In this document: piece by piece, positions 30,200 to 42,636 of the stretch
Position numbering within the stretch: the stretch's first letter is position 1
Layout: each line of letters starts with the position of its first letter
DNA from: an uncultured delta proteobacterium
GTDB taxonomy: Bacteria; Myxococcota; Kuafuiibacteriia; Kuafuiibacteriales; Kuafuiibacteriaceae
Length of the DNA stretch: 64,000 bases
Assembly (NCBI GenBank): GCA_963803435.1
Contig: CAWDML010000001.1
Span: 1,120,001 to 1,184,000 of the forward strand
Direction: 5' to 3'
Translations under genes and position numbers: made by a program
Notes under the pieces: generated by a model
Databases searched by the model: none
Told to the model about the DNA's origin: nothing
The model's input: only the letters and a program-made list of their open reading frames with translations

Positions 30200-30890
30200 G
30201 TGCCCGATCGCATCCCGATCCTCGACCGCGCCGCCTGCGACGGCATCACGGCCCGCGTGTTCGAGCTCGAGCGCTTCTGGACGCGCCGCCACCCCGACCT
30301 CCCCTCCTTCACGCTCGGCGCGACCGCCTACCTCGACATCCCGGCCGGCGGCATGCCGCGCTACCTGGTGACCAAGAGCGGCGGCAACAAGGTCCTCCAG
30401 CGTCACTTCGGCGAGCTGCTCCACACCGTGGCGAGCGCGCTGGCGGGCGCGCTGGGCGCACCGACGTTTCTCAGCGATCGGTTCGCGCTCCCCGGCTTCC
30501 ACATCTATCTCCACCACCCGGCCCTGGCGCGCGTCGAGCCCATCGTCCACTTCGACCTCCAGGATCTCGACCTCGAGATCGAGGGTGCGCGGAGGGACGG
30601 TGCCCGCTGCTCGTTCACGGTCCCGATCCGCATCCCCGCGGGCGGCGGGGGCATCAACGTCTGGGAGCTCGCGTACGCCGAGGTCGCGGGCCTCACCGCC
30701 GACGGCGCGCGGGCGCTCGCCGCCTCCCGGCCGGTGACCCGACACGAGTACCAGGTCGGCGAGCTGTTCCTCCACTCGGGCGATCAGCTCCACCAGAATC
30801 GCGACCTCGCCCTCGCAGGAGGGCGACGTCCGCCTCACGCTCCAGGGTCACGGCCTCGAAGTGGGCGGCCGGTTCGAGCTCTACTGGTAG
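30200..30890 (+). CDS. putative 2OG-Fe(II) oxygenase-fold protein; frameshift at ~30797
   Basis: 'LPGFHIY', HxD 'HFD', 'SFTVPI', distal His. GAATC->GATC gives 'LHQIA...DVRLTLQGHG...ELYW*' ending at 30890. Confidence 0.6.
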
Positions 30891-30896
30891 CCGCCG

Positions 30897-33209
30897 TCAG
30901 CGGCACTCGAACGCGCGGGCTCTCGCCTTCTTGTAGATCTCGGTCTCGGCGCGGACCACGCGCGTGATCTTCTTCCAGCGCTCGCACGCGTCGCGATCGC
31001 CGCGCTGGCTGGCGAGCTCCGCCTCCTCGACCAGCACCCGCGCCTTCTCCTCGAGCCGCTTGAGCCCGGCGAGCACCTTCGGGTTCGTGGGATCGAGCTT
31101 GTATCCCGACTCCCAGAGACCGAACGCCTCCTCGTACCGCCCGCCCTCGAACATCGAGGCGCCACGCTCCCCGAACGCCTCGCTGATCTCGAACTCGAGG
31201 TCCCGGACGACGTGCGACTTGAGGCTCTTCGGCAGGAGCTCGGCCTCAATCCGCGACAGCTCTTGCAGCTGCTTCCAGGCCGCGAAGGGATCGTTGCTGA
31301 TCTCCGCCCGTGCCCGCTCCTGCTGGGGCCCGACCTTCTCCAGCGCGCGCACCATCTTGCCGGCCCGCCGCTTGCGATCCGCGCGCGCCGTCCGCCGGAG
31401 GGTCTGCGCGTGCCGCAGGGCGTCCTCGACCTTCCCCAGCTCGTACTCCTCGGCGATGCGTGAGAGCTTGAGGTCGTTGTCGTAGAACTGGGCCAGCTCC
31501 TTCGCCACGTTCGCGGGCGGAGGCGGCTGCGGCACGCCCGGGCGGATCGGGATGTACGGCTCGAAGTCGATGTTCTTCGACCGCAGCTTCTTCTCCGCCG
31601 AACGGACGCCCTCGAGCGCTTCGGTCGAGCTCGGGTCCAGCTCCAGCACCCGCTTGAACCGGGCGTGCGCGCTCGGATAGCGCTTCTTGATCAGGTCGGC
31701 CTTACCGCGGGCCAGCTCCTGCTCGATCGCATCGTCCTTCAGGTCCTTGGCGCGCTTCTCGGCGACCTTCGCCTGCGGCACGTCCGCCGGGACCGCCATC
31801 AGCGCCTCCAGGGCGCGCGCGTAATCGCCGCGCCCCTCGTAGGCGTCGGCCTTGCTCAGGAGTTTCTCCGCCTCCCCGACCTTGTGCGTCCGCTCGACCA
31901 GCCGGCGGGCCTCGGGGTTGATCGGATCCCGCTCCAGCAGCCGATCGAGCGCCGCGCGGAGACAGGCGAGGTCGCCCTTTTGCTCGCAGACCTTCGCGGC
32001 CTCCAGCTGTGCGGCCACGAAGGCGTCGAAGTCGAAGTCGGCCGGCACGATGGGCAGGTTCATCGGAAGCCCGGTCTCGTCGCGGCGCGAGAACGGGGAC
32101 GTCGCGGTCGTCACCGGCATGAACAGGCTCGCCACCTCCACGGGCCCCGAAGGCGGCGGCGGGGACGGATCCACCGGCGGCGGCGGATCCGAGGGTGGCG
32201 GATCCACCGCCGGCGGCGGGGGAGTGACCGGAGGCGGCGGCGGGTCCACCATCGCGAGGGCCCCGGCATCCGGGCCGTCCGGCGAGGCGCTCTCCCCGGC
32301 GTCGTGTTTGTGGAGGATCGCCGCCAGCGAGAAGCCGCTCCCGCCGGCCTGCTGGCGGAGCTTCCACAGCACGGTCGTGGTGAGCACGAAGGCGGCCAGG
32401 AACAGCCCGACCGCACCGAGCACGATCCAGCGTCGCTCCGCCTGGCGGCGCCGGAAGGCCGGCCGGGCCCGCGTCTGCACCGGCCCGGTCACGCGGTGCC
32501 GGAGGCGCTCGGGGAGCTCGACGTCGAAGTTGATGTTGCCGACCCGCAGGCGGTCCTTGTGCGCGAGCTCCGCCATGTCGACCCGGGTATCGTTCACGAA
32601 CGTCCCGTTCGACGACCCCAGATCCGTCACTGTCAGCCGATCGCGCGTGAACACGATCCGCGAGTGCTGGCGCGAGACCGAGCCGTCGAGGATGGGCACG
32701 TCGCACTCCTCGAGACGGCCGATGATGTTCTCGCCCTTCTTGAGCTCGAAGCGACGGCCCGACACCGGCTCGTCGAGGCCGCGCAGCGAAGGCAGCTCGA
32801 GGTTGGGCGGCTTCGAGGTCGGCTTCGCCTGGACCTTCTCCACGACCGGCGCGCTCCGGAGCTTCGCCGGATCGGGCCCGTCGAACATCGAGGAGGCCGT
32901 GCTGTCGGCCGGGTCCTTGAGCGAGACCTGAAAGGAGCCGACGCGGATCTGGTCACCGAGCTTGAACTTGGATCGACGCTCGATCTTCTTCCCGTTCAGG
33001 CGGATGCCGTTCGCGCTGCCGAGATCCTCGACGCTGGGCTCGCCGTCGGCCACGCGAAAGGAGGCGTGGCGCCGCGAGATCTTCTTGTCGTCGACCCGGA
33101 TGTCGGCGCTCTCGTCGCGGCCGATCACCACGGGATCTTCCGAGATGGGCACCTCCCGGACATCCCCGTTCGGCGCCTTGATGATGAGGAAGAAGCGGGG
33201 CTTCGCCAC
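30897..33209 (-). CDS. FHA-FHA-TM-Pro linker-TPR membrane protein
   Basis: FHA1 'IGRDESAD...ISRRHA...DLGSANG'; FHA2 'IGRLEECD...VSRQHS...DLGSSNGTFVN'; TM 'WIVLGAVGLFLAAFVL'; TPRs 'LELDPSSTEA', 'KLDPTNPKV'. Confidence 0.85.
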   Translation of the reverse strand: MAKPRFFLIIKAPNGDVREVPISEDPVVIGRDESADIRVDDKKISRRHASFRVADGEPSVEDLGSANGIRLNGKKIERRSKFKLGDQIRVGSFQVSLKDPADSTASSMFDGPDPAKLRSAPVVEKVQAKPTSKPPNLELPSLRGLDEPVSGRRFELKKGENIIGRLEECDVPILDGSVSRQHSRIVFTRDRLTVTDLGSSNGTFVNDTRVDMAELAHKDRLRVGNINFDVELPERLRHRVTGPVQTRARPAFRRRQAERRWIVLGAVGLFLAAFVLTTTVLWKLRQQAGGSGFSLAAILHKHDAGESASPDGPDAGALAMVDPPPPPVTPPPPAVDPPPSDPPPPVDPSPPPPSGPVEVASLFMPVTTATSPFSRRDETGLPMNLPIVPADFDFDAFVAAQLEAAKVCEQKGDLACLRAALDRLLERDPINPEARRLVERTHKVGEAEKLLSKADAYEGRGDYARALEALMAVPADVPQAKVAEKRAKDLKDDAIEQELARGKADLIKKRYPSAHARFKRVLELDPSSTEALEGVRSAEKKLRSKNIDFEPYIPIRPGVPQPPPPANVAKELAQFYDNDLKLSRIAEEYELGKVEDALRHAQTLRRTARADRKRRAGKMVRALEKVGPQQERARAEISNDPFAAWKQLQELSRIEAELLPKSLKSHVVRDLEFEISEAFGERGASMFEGGRYEEAFGLWESGYKLDPTNPKVLAGLKRLEEKARVLVEEAELASQRGDRDACERWKKITRVVRAETEIYKKARARAFECR

Positions 33210-33223
33210 GAATTGAGCTAGGG

Positions 33224-35392
<2,169 letters not shown>

Positions 35393-35461
35393 GGCGGTTT
35401 TCGCCGGCAGTTTAGCAAACCCGGACCCGGTAACAAGTTGCCTGCTATGTAGGGGATAAGA

Positions 35462-37696
35462 CTACCGGATATAGCGAAATGCGTTGTCCGATTCAGGCGA
35501 CGTGTCGGTGCGCCCGCTCTGGAGCTGAACCAGCACCCGCGAGCCCGGATAGCTGATCGTCCACGCCCGCTGGAGGGTCGAAAACACTGCATTCGCGGGC
35601 GCCGCCGCAGGGAGGCTCGAGGTGCCGTTCGGCTGGGCAGCCGACAGCTGGAAGGGCAGCGTGGGGAGCACGTCGAAGTCCGCCGTCGAGCACTGGCGCC
35701 CGACCAGCTGGGGGATGCACGTCGCCGCCATCCCGTCGCACGCCTCGGAACAGGCGCGCGAGCACCCGGGCGTCACGGGAATCTCGGAGCAGGCGCGCCC
35801 TTCCCCACAGTCGGTGCTCGACGCACATGCCGTGTGACCTGGGCCTTCGAGGCAAGAGAACGGCGAGAGCGCCGTGATCCGCATGGCGAGCCGCTCGGTG
35901 AACAGCGCGGACATCCCGTTCGCGTCCGACACCACCGGAACGCGCTCGATCACCTCGAGGATCCGCTCCTGCGTGACGTTCACCAGGACCATCTCCTCGT
36001 CGCCCGGATACACCTCGTACCGCGAGGCGATCGCGGCGGCGGAGGCGCAGTCATCGAGGGAGAAGGCGGGATCGTAGGCCACCGTGATCTCGCCGGGCGA
36101 CACCGCCGTGACCGTGCCGGTCGCCGTCAGCGCGATCGTCCGATCTGCCGTTGTACAGACCACCTGCGTCAGCACGCGATCCACGTTCGGCACGATCAGG
36201 CGGTCCACGAACGAGCTCACCGTCGAGTCGGCGATCGAGTAGGCGGCGGCGGCCGTCGAGCTCTCGACGGGCTTGAACACCGGCGACTGCGACGTCACGA
36301 GCGCTCCCCGATAAACGGCGCGATAGAAGGCGAACGACGGGATGGGCGCGTGCACGATCCCGTGCGGGCACGTCGAGGTCGCGACCGTCGTATCTTCGCT
36401 GCACATGTTGAGGCCGTTGCACTCCCCGAGGCTCGCGTTGCCGGCGTCCGGATCGACCGCTTCGATCGACATCGGCGTCGACGTGGTCACGCGCGCGACC
36501 GTGGTGTCGACCGAGGTGGCGATGCTCGCGGTCTCGGTCTCCGCCACCACGAAGGTGAGCACGCCGTCGGCGTGCGCCAGCAGCAGCACCGGAAAGAGCG
36601 GCCCGCCCGGGCTCCCGTACGCGTGTCGCGTGATCCGCGAATCGCCGATGCCGGTCACCACGTTCGCCGTCGCCTGCGGGTTGAAGTCGAGGAACTCGGA
36701 GACGAAGCCCACGGCCGCCGCCCCAATCGGGCTCGGGTGCACGTCGAGGGTCCCGATCAGCTCGCTCGACCCGCGCTGGTCGAGCGGTGTGAGGGGCGAA
36801 TGATCCGGCGCCGTGGAGCGCCTCAGCCACCTCGGTCCGGGGATCAGGTGGACGATCCGCGCCGTGTCGCTCCGGATCGCGAACGCGCCGCGATCCCCGG
36901 CGTCCACCAGCTCGTCGGTCGGTCCGCCCACGTCGGTGGTCTGCACGGCCACGACCGGATCGGCCGCGTTCGGATCGAGCGCCACCTGCGTGATCGAGTT
37001 GCTCCCGCTGGACGCCAGGATCTGCACCTCGGGGGTCCCCACGCCGCGGACCGAGATCCGCCGCGGCGAGTCCGCGAGCGACGCCGTCCCCACCAGCATG
37101 TCTGTCTCGATCCCCAGCCGGAACAGCGCCAGCTCGTCGCCCTGGCTCTCCAGGCTCTGGAACGATACGGCGACCAGGTCGACGTCCCCGATGGTGGCGG
37201 CGACCTCGACGTCGGTCGGGATCAGGTCGTTCCCAGCGACCTCCGCCAGATCGATCGAGCGCAGCAGCCGGTTGCCGGGCTTCGCGAGCGCGCTCTGCTG
37301 GAAGCCGAGGGGAGTCACGTCGAGGACGTGGAGCTTGGCGTCGCCCGGCGACAGCACGTAGGCCCGCTTGATGCTCGTGCTTTGATCGTGCGACGCCGCG
37401 ATCTCGGTGGGAAATCCGGGCGCCGGGACCACCAGCGGGAAGAACACGGTCGGCGCCGGGACGAACCCGAGCTGCGTGGTCCCCGCGTTCAGATCCAGGG
37501 CGAACTGGAGGATCTTCACACCCTCGGACTCCGAGTCGGTGATCAACAGGTCCTCGCGCGTGTTGCCCGACTCCTCGGGACGATCGAGGAAGAGCAGCCC
37601 CGAGGGCCGCACCAGGCGACCGGTCGAGGTGGGCGGGTTCGCGCGGCAAGCGCCCGCGACAATCCCGAGGCTCGAGATGAGGATCAGCGCTCTCAC
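35462..37696 (-). CDS. large hypothetical lipoprotein (beta-propeller-like N-half, Cys-rich C-terminus)
   Basis: Lipobox VAGAC; GTGA coupling to the upstream gene; 'CASSTDCGEGRAC' repeat-like Cys cluster. Confidence 0.6.
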   Translation of the reverse strand: MRALILISSLGIVAGACRANPPTSTGRLVRPSGLLFLDRPEESGNTREDLLITDSESEGVKILQFALDLNAGTTQLGFVPAPTVFFPLVVPAPGFPTEIAASHDQSTSIKRAYVLSPGDAKLHVLDVTPLGFQQSALAKPGNRLLRSIDLAEVAGNDLIPTDVEVAATIGDVDLVAVSFQSLESQGDELALFRLGIETDMLVGTASLADSPRRISVRGVGTPEVQILASSGSNSITQVALDPNAADPVVAVQTTDVGGPTDELVDAGDRGAFAIRSDTARIVHLIPGPRWLRRSTAPDHSPLTPLDQRGSSELIGTLDVHPSPIGAAAVGFVSEFLDFNPQATANVVTGIGDSRITRHAYGSPGGPLFPVLLLAHADGVLTFVVAETETASIATSVDTTVARVTTSTPMSIEAVDPDAGNASLGECNGLNMCSEDTTVATSTCPHGIVHAPIPSFAFYRAVYRGALVTSQSPVFKPVESSTAAAAYSIADSTVSSFVDRLIVPNVDRVLTQVVCTTADRTIALTATGTVTAVSPGEITVAYDPAFSLDDCASAAAIASRYEVYPGDEEMVLVNVTQERILEVIERVPVVSDANGMSALFTERLAMRITALSPFSCLEGPGHTACASSTDCGEGRACSEIPVTPGCSRACSEACDGMAATCIPQLVGRQCSTADFDVLPTLPFQLSAAQPNGTSSLPAAAPANAVFSTLQRAWTISYPGSRVLVQLQSGRTDTSPESDNAFRYIR

Positions 37697-39153
37697 GGCT
37701 TCTCGGTCTCCCCGCTGGAGTCGATGTTTCGGCCCAGGCGCGCGATGATGCGGTGCTTTTTGGGATCCGGATCGCTGACGTCGACGACCGCCAGCGTGCT
37801 GTTGGCGAAGTTGGTGACGAACCCGAGCGTGCGATCACCGCGCGATGCGAACGCGATCTGCGACGGCCCATCCAGCAGCCGGGCCTGCACCTGCTTGCCG
37901 TCGATCTCGCGCTGCGCGCGGCCGTCGATCTCTTTGATCAGGATCGGTTCATCGGTCGTCACGTCGACGATGAACAGCTTGTCCCGCCGGATGTCCCCGA
38001 TGTACGCGACGCGCGTCAGTCGATGGCCCACCACGAGGTCGCGCAGGAACGGCCGCTGGAGCTCCTCGCCCAGCTCGAGCACCGACAACACACGCATCCG
38101 ATCGCCGCCGATGTCGAGCACCGCGATCCCGGAGTTGAACTCGCCGCCCGGCGCGGTGAACCGGACCGACGCATAGGCCCGAGTCGGCTTCTCGCCCTCG
38201 GCGAAGGGAGCGATCGCGAGGGACCGCATCTCGATGGCCGAGATCTGCGTGCTCAGCGTGATGGTTTGACCCGAGCCCTGTTGGAGCACGAGCTGGTACT
38301 GGCCGTTGCCGTTCACGGTCGGGACGAAGCTGGCCACCACGAGATCCGGCGCCGTCGCCAGATTCGTGGAGAGGAACACGCTGCTCAGATCGAGGATGTC
38401 TCCCGCGAACATGATGCCGCTCGAGCCGCCGAAGCTGAGGAGCGTCGTCGTCGTCACCGGCTCCTCCATCTCGCCGCTCCGGGTGCCGGCTTCGATCGCG
38501 GTGCGGTCCTCGAAGACCTGCACGTTCGCCAGCGACACCGCGCCCAGGATGACGTTCTCGGACTGGCGCGTCGCCAGGTGGCCGATCGCGACCAGGTCGG
38601 GACGACTGGAGTTGGCGGTGGCGACGCCGAGCGCGAAGGGATCCGCGAAGCCGGTGCTCGCCACGTAGGCCCGCGAGCACTCGCTGCCGGGTACCAGCTC
38701 GATCGAATCGCCGGGCGTCGTGCACGACATCAGCTTCTGAGCGCCGGTGTCGACGTCGATCATCGTCACCACGTTGCGGCCCCGGGCAGCGGCGAAGAGG
38801 TGGCCCTTGCCAGCACCGCGCGGCACGTACACCAGGTCTCCGCCGAAGGAGAAGATCTGAACCGTGTCGCTCTGGGCGGGGCGCAGCGTGTCGCTGTAGA
38901 CCACGTCGCCGGTGCCGTCGCCGGCCATCTCGAACAGGTCATCGATCCGGTACGTCGTGACCGCGCCGGCGTTGAAGCGCTGGTCGAAGTTGCTGCTGAG
39001 CACGGCGAGGTGCGCGTCCCGTTGGTCGGCGTCCGGGAGGACCGCGATCCCGATCGGGAAGTAGACTTCGTCGCCGGGCGGCGGGATGCCCGGGATCTGC
39101 TCGGCGCACGACAGCGCCAGACAGCCGATGGTGATGATCGATCGTCGGATCAA
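37693..39153 (-). CDS. YncE-like beta-propeller lipoprotein
   Basis: TTG start overlaps the ppdK stop; lipobox LALSC; 'YFPIGIAV', 'SSNFDQRFNAG', 'FVTNFANSTLAVVD'. Confidence 0.7.
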   Translation of the reverse strand: MIRRSIITIGCLALSCAEQIPGIPPPGDEVYFPIGIAVLPDADQRDAHLAVLSSNFDQRFNAGAVTTYRIDDLFEMAGDGTGDVVYSDTLRPAQSDTVQIFSFGGDLVYVPRGAGKGHLFAAARGRNVVTMIDVDTGAQKLMSCTTPGDSIELVPGSECSRAYVASTGFADPFALGVATANSSRPDLVAIGHLATRQSENVILGAVSLANVQVFEDRTAIEAGTRSGEMEEPVTTTTLLSFGGSSGIMFAGDILDLSSVFLSTNLATAPDLVVASFVPTVNGNGQYQLVLQQGSGQTITLSTQISAIEMRSLAIAPFAEGEKPTRAYASVRFTAPGGEFNSGIAVLDIGGDRMRVLSVLELGEELQRPFLRDLVVGHRLTRVAYIGDIRRDKLFIVDVTTDEPILIKEIDGRAQREIDGKQVQARLLDGPSQIAFASRGDRTLGFVTNFANSTLAVVDVSDPDPKKHRIIARLGRNIDSSGETEKP

Positions 39154-41825
39154 CGTCTCTCCCGAAGGGCCGCGTGGGCGGCGGCCAGGCGCGCGATCGG
39201 CACGCGGAACGGCGAGCAGGACACGTAGTCGAGCCCGACCCGGTGGCAGTATTCGACCGAGCTCGGCTCCCCGCCGTGCTCGCCGCAGATCCCGATCTTC
39301 AGGTTCGGCTTGACCTTGCGCCCCTTCTCCGTGGCCATCTCGATCAAGAGCCCCACGCCCTCCTGATCGAGCACCTGGAACGGATCGTGGGGCATGATCC
39401 CGTCCTCGACGTAGCCGGGCAGGAAGCTCCCGGCGTCGTCGCGGGACAGCCCGAAGGTCATCTGCGTCAGATCGTTGGTACCGAACGAGAAGAAGTCGGC
39501 GTGGCTCGCGATGCGATCGGCGAGGAGCGCAGCCCGCGGGAGCTCGATCATCGTCCCGATCGTGTACTCCACTCGGCTCCCCTGCTCCTCGAACACCCGG
39601 GTGGCGGTGGCCGTGACCCGCCCGCGCAGGCGCTCGAGCTCTTCCGCGGTCGACACCAGCGGGATCATGATCTCCGGCCGCACCCGCACGTTCTGCTTCG
39701 AGACGTTCACGGCCGCCTCGATGATCGCGCGCGTCTGCATCTCGTAGATCTCGGGATGGACCAGCCCGAGCCGACAGCCGCGCAGGCCCAGCATCGGGTT
39801 GAACTCCTGAAGGGTCGCGACCTTCGCCTTCACCGCGTCGATGCTCTTGTCCAGCTCCTTCGCGATGGCCTCGACGTCGCGCTCCTCCTTGGGCAGGAAC
39901 TCGTGGAGCGGCGGATCGAGCAGCCGGATCGTGACCGGCAGCCCGTCCATCGCCCGGAAGATGCCCTCGAAGTCGCCGCGCTGCATGGGCGCGATCTTGG
40001 CGAGCGCCGCGCGCCGGCCCGAGGCGCCGTCGGCGAGGATCATCTCCCGCATCGCCCGGATCCGATCCTCCTGGAAGAACATGTGCTCGGTCCGGCACAG
40101 GCCGATCCCCTCGGCGCCGAAGCGGCGGGCCATCTCCGCGTCGGCGGGCGTGTCTGCGTTGGTCCGCACCTTGAGGCGCCGGAACTCGTCGACCCAGACC
40201 ATCAGCTCATCGAACTGAGCAGAGCCACCCGCCTGGACGGTGGCGACCTCGCCCAGCATCACCTCACCGGTGGAGCCGTCGATGGTGACCAGATCGCCGG
40301 CCCGCAGGCGCTGGCCGCGCGCCACCACCACACCCTGGTCGTAGTCGATGACCATCTCGCCGCACCCGACGACGCACGGGCGACCCATCCCGCGCGCCAC
40401 CACCGCTGCGTGCGAGGTCATGCCGCCGCGCGAGGTGAGGATGCCAGCGGCGTGATACATGCCGCTGACGTCCTCGGGCGACGTCTCGATCCGGACCAGG
40501 ATCACGCGTTCGTTCTTCTTGCCCCGCTCCTCCGCGTCCTCGGCGGAGAACACGATGCGGCCGGTCGCGGCGCCGGGCGAGGCCGGCAGGCCCTTGGCCA
40601 CGATGTCCCGCTGCGCCTTCGGATCCAGCATCGGGTGGAGGAGCTGATCGATGTGCGCCGGCGTCACGCGCATGACGGCTTGCCGCTTGTCGATCATTCC
40701 CTCCCGCACCATGTCGACCGCGATCCGCAGGGCCGCCGAGGCCGTGCGCTTGCCGGTGCGCGTCTGCAGGAGCCAGAGCTTGCCCTGCTGGATCGTGAAC
40801 TCGATGTCCTGCATGTCGCGGTAGTGGGTCTCGAGCGTGTGCCGGACGTCGTCGAGCTCCCGGTAGACCTCGGGCATGAGCTTCTCGAGCGTCGCCTCCG
40901 AGGACGCACCCCCGCTGGCGTTGATGTTGGCCGGCGTGCGGATCCCGGCCACCACGTCCTCGCCCTGCGCGTTGAGCAGATACTCGCCAAAGAACCGCTG
41001 TGCACCGCTGTTCGGGTCTCGCGTGAAGGCCACACCGGTGGCGCAGTCGGTGCCCATGTTCCCGAACACCATCGCCTGGACATTGACCGCGGTGCCGATG
41101 TCCGCCGGAATCCCGTTGAGCTCGCGATACGTCTGGGCGCGCGGGTTGTTCCACGAGTTGAAGACGGCCGACACCGCACCCAGCAGCTGCTGCCAGGGAT
41201 CCTGCGGGAACTCGCCGGACGAGAGCGCCTTGATCAGCTGCTTGTACTCGTCGACCAGGCGAACGAGCGTGTCGGCGTCGAGCTCGTTGTCGAGCTCCAC
41301 GTCCTTCTCGCGCTTCAGCTTGGAGAGCACGCTGTCGAACGGATCGGGCGCGTGCTTCGACTCGGGCTTCATGCCCAGCACGACGTCCCCGTACATCGCG
41401 ACCAGCCGGCGATAGCTGTCGAACGCGAATCGTCGATCCTTCGTGCGCTCGGCGAGGCCGACGACGGCGCGATCGCTGAGCCCCAGGTTGAGGACCGTGT
41501 CCATCATCCCCGGCATCGAGAAAGGCGCGCCCGAGCGGACGGAGACCAGGAGCGGATTCGCGGGATCGCCGAACTTCGCACCCATGATGCGCTCCACGTG
41601 GGTCATCGCGGCGCGGATCTGGTCCTCGAGGCCCGACGGCAGGCGGTGACCCGCCGCGTAGAACTCGGAGCAGACCTGAGTGGTGATGGTGAAACCGGGT
41701 GGGACAGGCAGACCCAAGCTGGTCATCTCCGCCAGCCCTGCGCCCTTGCCCCCCAGGAGGTTTTTCATGTCACCGCGCCCTTCGGCTTTTCCGTCGCCGA
41801 AGAGGTAGACCCGCTTCTCCGCCAC
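39150..41825 (-). CDS. ppdK: pyruvate, phosphate dikinase
   Basis: Motifs 'LLGGKGAGLAEM', 'SVRSGA..SMPGMMDT', 'GGMTSHAAVVAR', 'GIGLCRTEHMF', 'FSFGTNDLTQ', 'GICGEHGG'. Confidence 0.97.
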   Translation of the reverse strand: MAEKRVYLFGDGKAEGRGDMKNLLGGKGAGLAEMTSLGLPVPPGFTITTQVCSEFYAAGHRLPSGLEDQIRAAMTHVERIMGAKFGDPANPLLVSVRSGAPFSMPGMMDTVLNLGLSDRAVVGLAERTKDRRFAFDSYRRLVAMYGDVVLGMKPESKHAPDPFDSVLSKLKREKDVELDNELDADTLVRLVDEYKQLIKALSSGEFPQDPWQQLLGAVSAVFNSWNNPRAQTYRELNGIPADIGTAVNVQAMVFGNMGTDCATGVAFTRDPNSGAQRFFGEYLLNAQGEDVVAGIRTPANINASGGASSEATLEKLMPEVYRELDDVRHTLETHYRDMQDIEFTIQQGKLWLLQTRTGKRTASAALRIAVDMVREGMIDKRQAVMRVTPAHIDQLLHPMLDPKAQRDIVAKGLPASPGAATGRIVFSAEDAEERGKKNERVILVRIETSPEDVSGMYHAAGILTSRGGMTSHAAVVARGMGRPCVVGCGEMVIDYDQGVVVARGQRLRAGDLVTIDGSTGEVMLGEVATVQAGGSAQFDELMVWVDEFRRLKVRTNADTPADAEMARRFGAEGIGLCRTEHMFFQEDRIRAMREMILADGASGRRAALAKIAPMQRGDFEGIFRAMDGLPVTIRLLDPPLHEFLPKEERDVEAIAKELDKSIDAVKAKVATLQEFNPMLGLRGCRLGLVHPEIYEMQTRAIIEAAVNVSKQNVRVRPEIMIPLVSTAEELERLRGRVTATATRVFEEQGSRVEYTIGTMIELPRAALLADRIASHADFFSFGTNDLTQMTFGLSRDDAGSFLPGYVEDGIMPHDPFQVLDQEGVGLLIEMATEKGRKVKPNLKIGICGEHGGEPSSVEYCHRVGLDYVSCSPFRVPIARLAAAHAALRERR

Positions 41826-41982
41826 GGCGCGCCGGTAGCATGCGTCGAAAACGACAGTCAATCGCTATTAAAATCGCGGAGTTGTGGCGATCACGGCCGG
41901 GCATGGCTCCCCGGCGCCGGATGTTGTGCTCGAGGGATGCGCGTTGACGGTCCGGCCAGGGTGCGAACGTTCCTCGTCAACG

Positions 41983-42216
41983 ATGATGAAAAACCCCGGT
42001 CATGCCGCGTTGTTGTCCTTCCTTCTGCCCGGCGTGGGGCAGCTCTACAACGGCCATTTCCTTCGCGCCCTCTTCTGGTTCGTCATCACCCCCGGCCTCT
42101 GGATCGGCACCGGGGGCCTCCTCGGGTGGGTGTGCCACGTCGTGGCAGCCTACACCGCCTACAAGAAAGCCGAGTCGGTGAACGAGGATTACGTGCTCCC
42201 CGCCCGCGTGGCTTGA
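41983..42216 (+). CDS. small TM2-like membrane protein
   Basis: 'KNPGHAALLSFLLPGVGQLYNG' followed by two TM segments. Confidence 0.7.
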   Translation: MMKNPGHAALLSFLLPGVGQLYNGHFLRALFWFVITPGLWIGTGGLLGWVCHVVAAYTAYKKAESVNEDYVLPARVA

Positions 42217-42252
42217 TGTGGCTCGGCGCGGGCGAGGTAGAATGAGGTCACC

Positions 42253-42636
42253 TTGCGCGCACTGAAGAGAAAACTGCCCGAGAAGATCATCCGCAAGCTC
42301 GCCCGCCACCCGGTGGCCGTCATCTCCACTCTCTCCCTCTCGATGCGCATCGGAAAGGACGCGTACCGGGTGAAGGAGGGCAAGATCGACAACACCGAGT
42401 TCCGCGCCCGCACCGGCGGACATCTCGGCGCGCTCTCGGGCGGCCTGGCGGTCGCCTCGGTCGGATCGGCCATCGGCAGCGTTCTCATCCCGGGAATCGG
42501 AACGATCCTGGGCGCCTTCGCCGGTGGCATCGTCGGCGAGGAGCTCGGGGCGCGGGGGGGCCGAAAGATCGTTCAGCAAGTGGAGCGCTTCGTCACCGGC
42601 CAGGAGCCGAGCGACGAGCACAAAGACAAGAAATGA
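42253..42636 (+). CDS. glycine-zipper protein A
   Basis: TTG after GAGG; 'GSAIGSVLIPGIGTILGAFAGGIVG'. Confidence 0.65.
   Translation: MRALKRKLPEKIIRKLARHPVAVISTLSLSMRIGKDAYRVKEGKIDNTEFRARTGGHLGALSGGLAVASVGSAIGSVLIPGIGTILGAFAGGIVGEELGARGGRKIVQQVERFVTGQEPSDEHKDKK

Noticed and set aside
39174-42245. 1023-aa ORF antisense to ppdK, and many similar long antisense or off-frame ORFs
   Set aside because: Shadow ORFs expected from high-GC codon bias; they have no motifs and the opposite frame encodes a clear protein.
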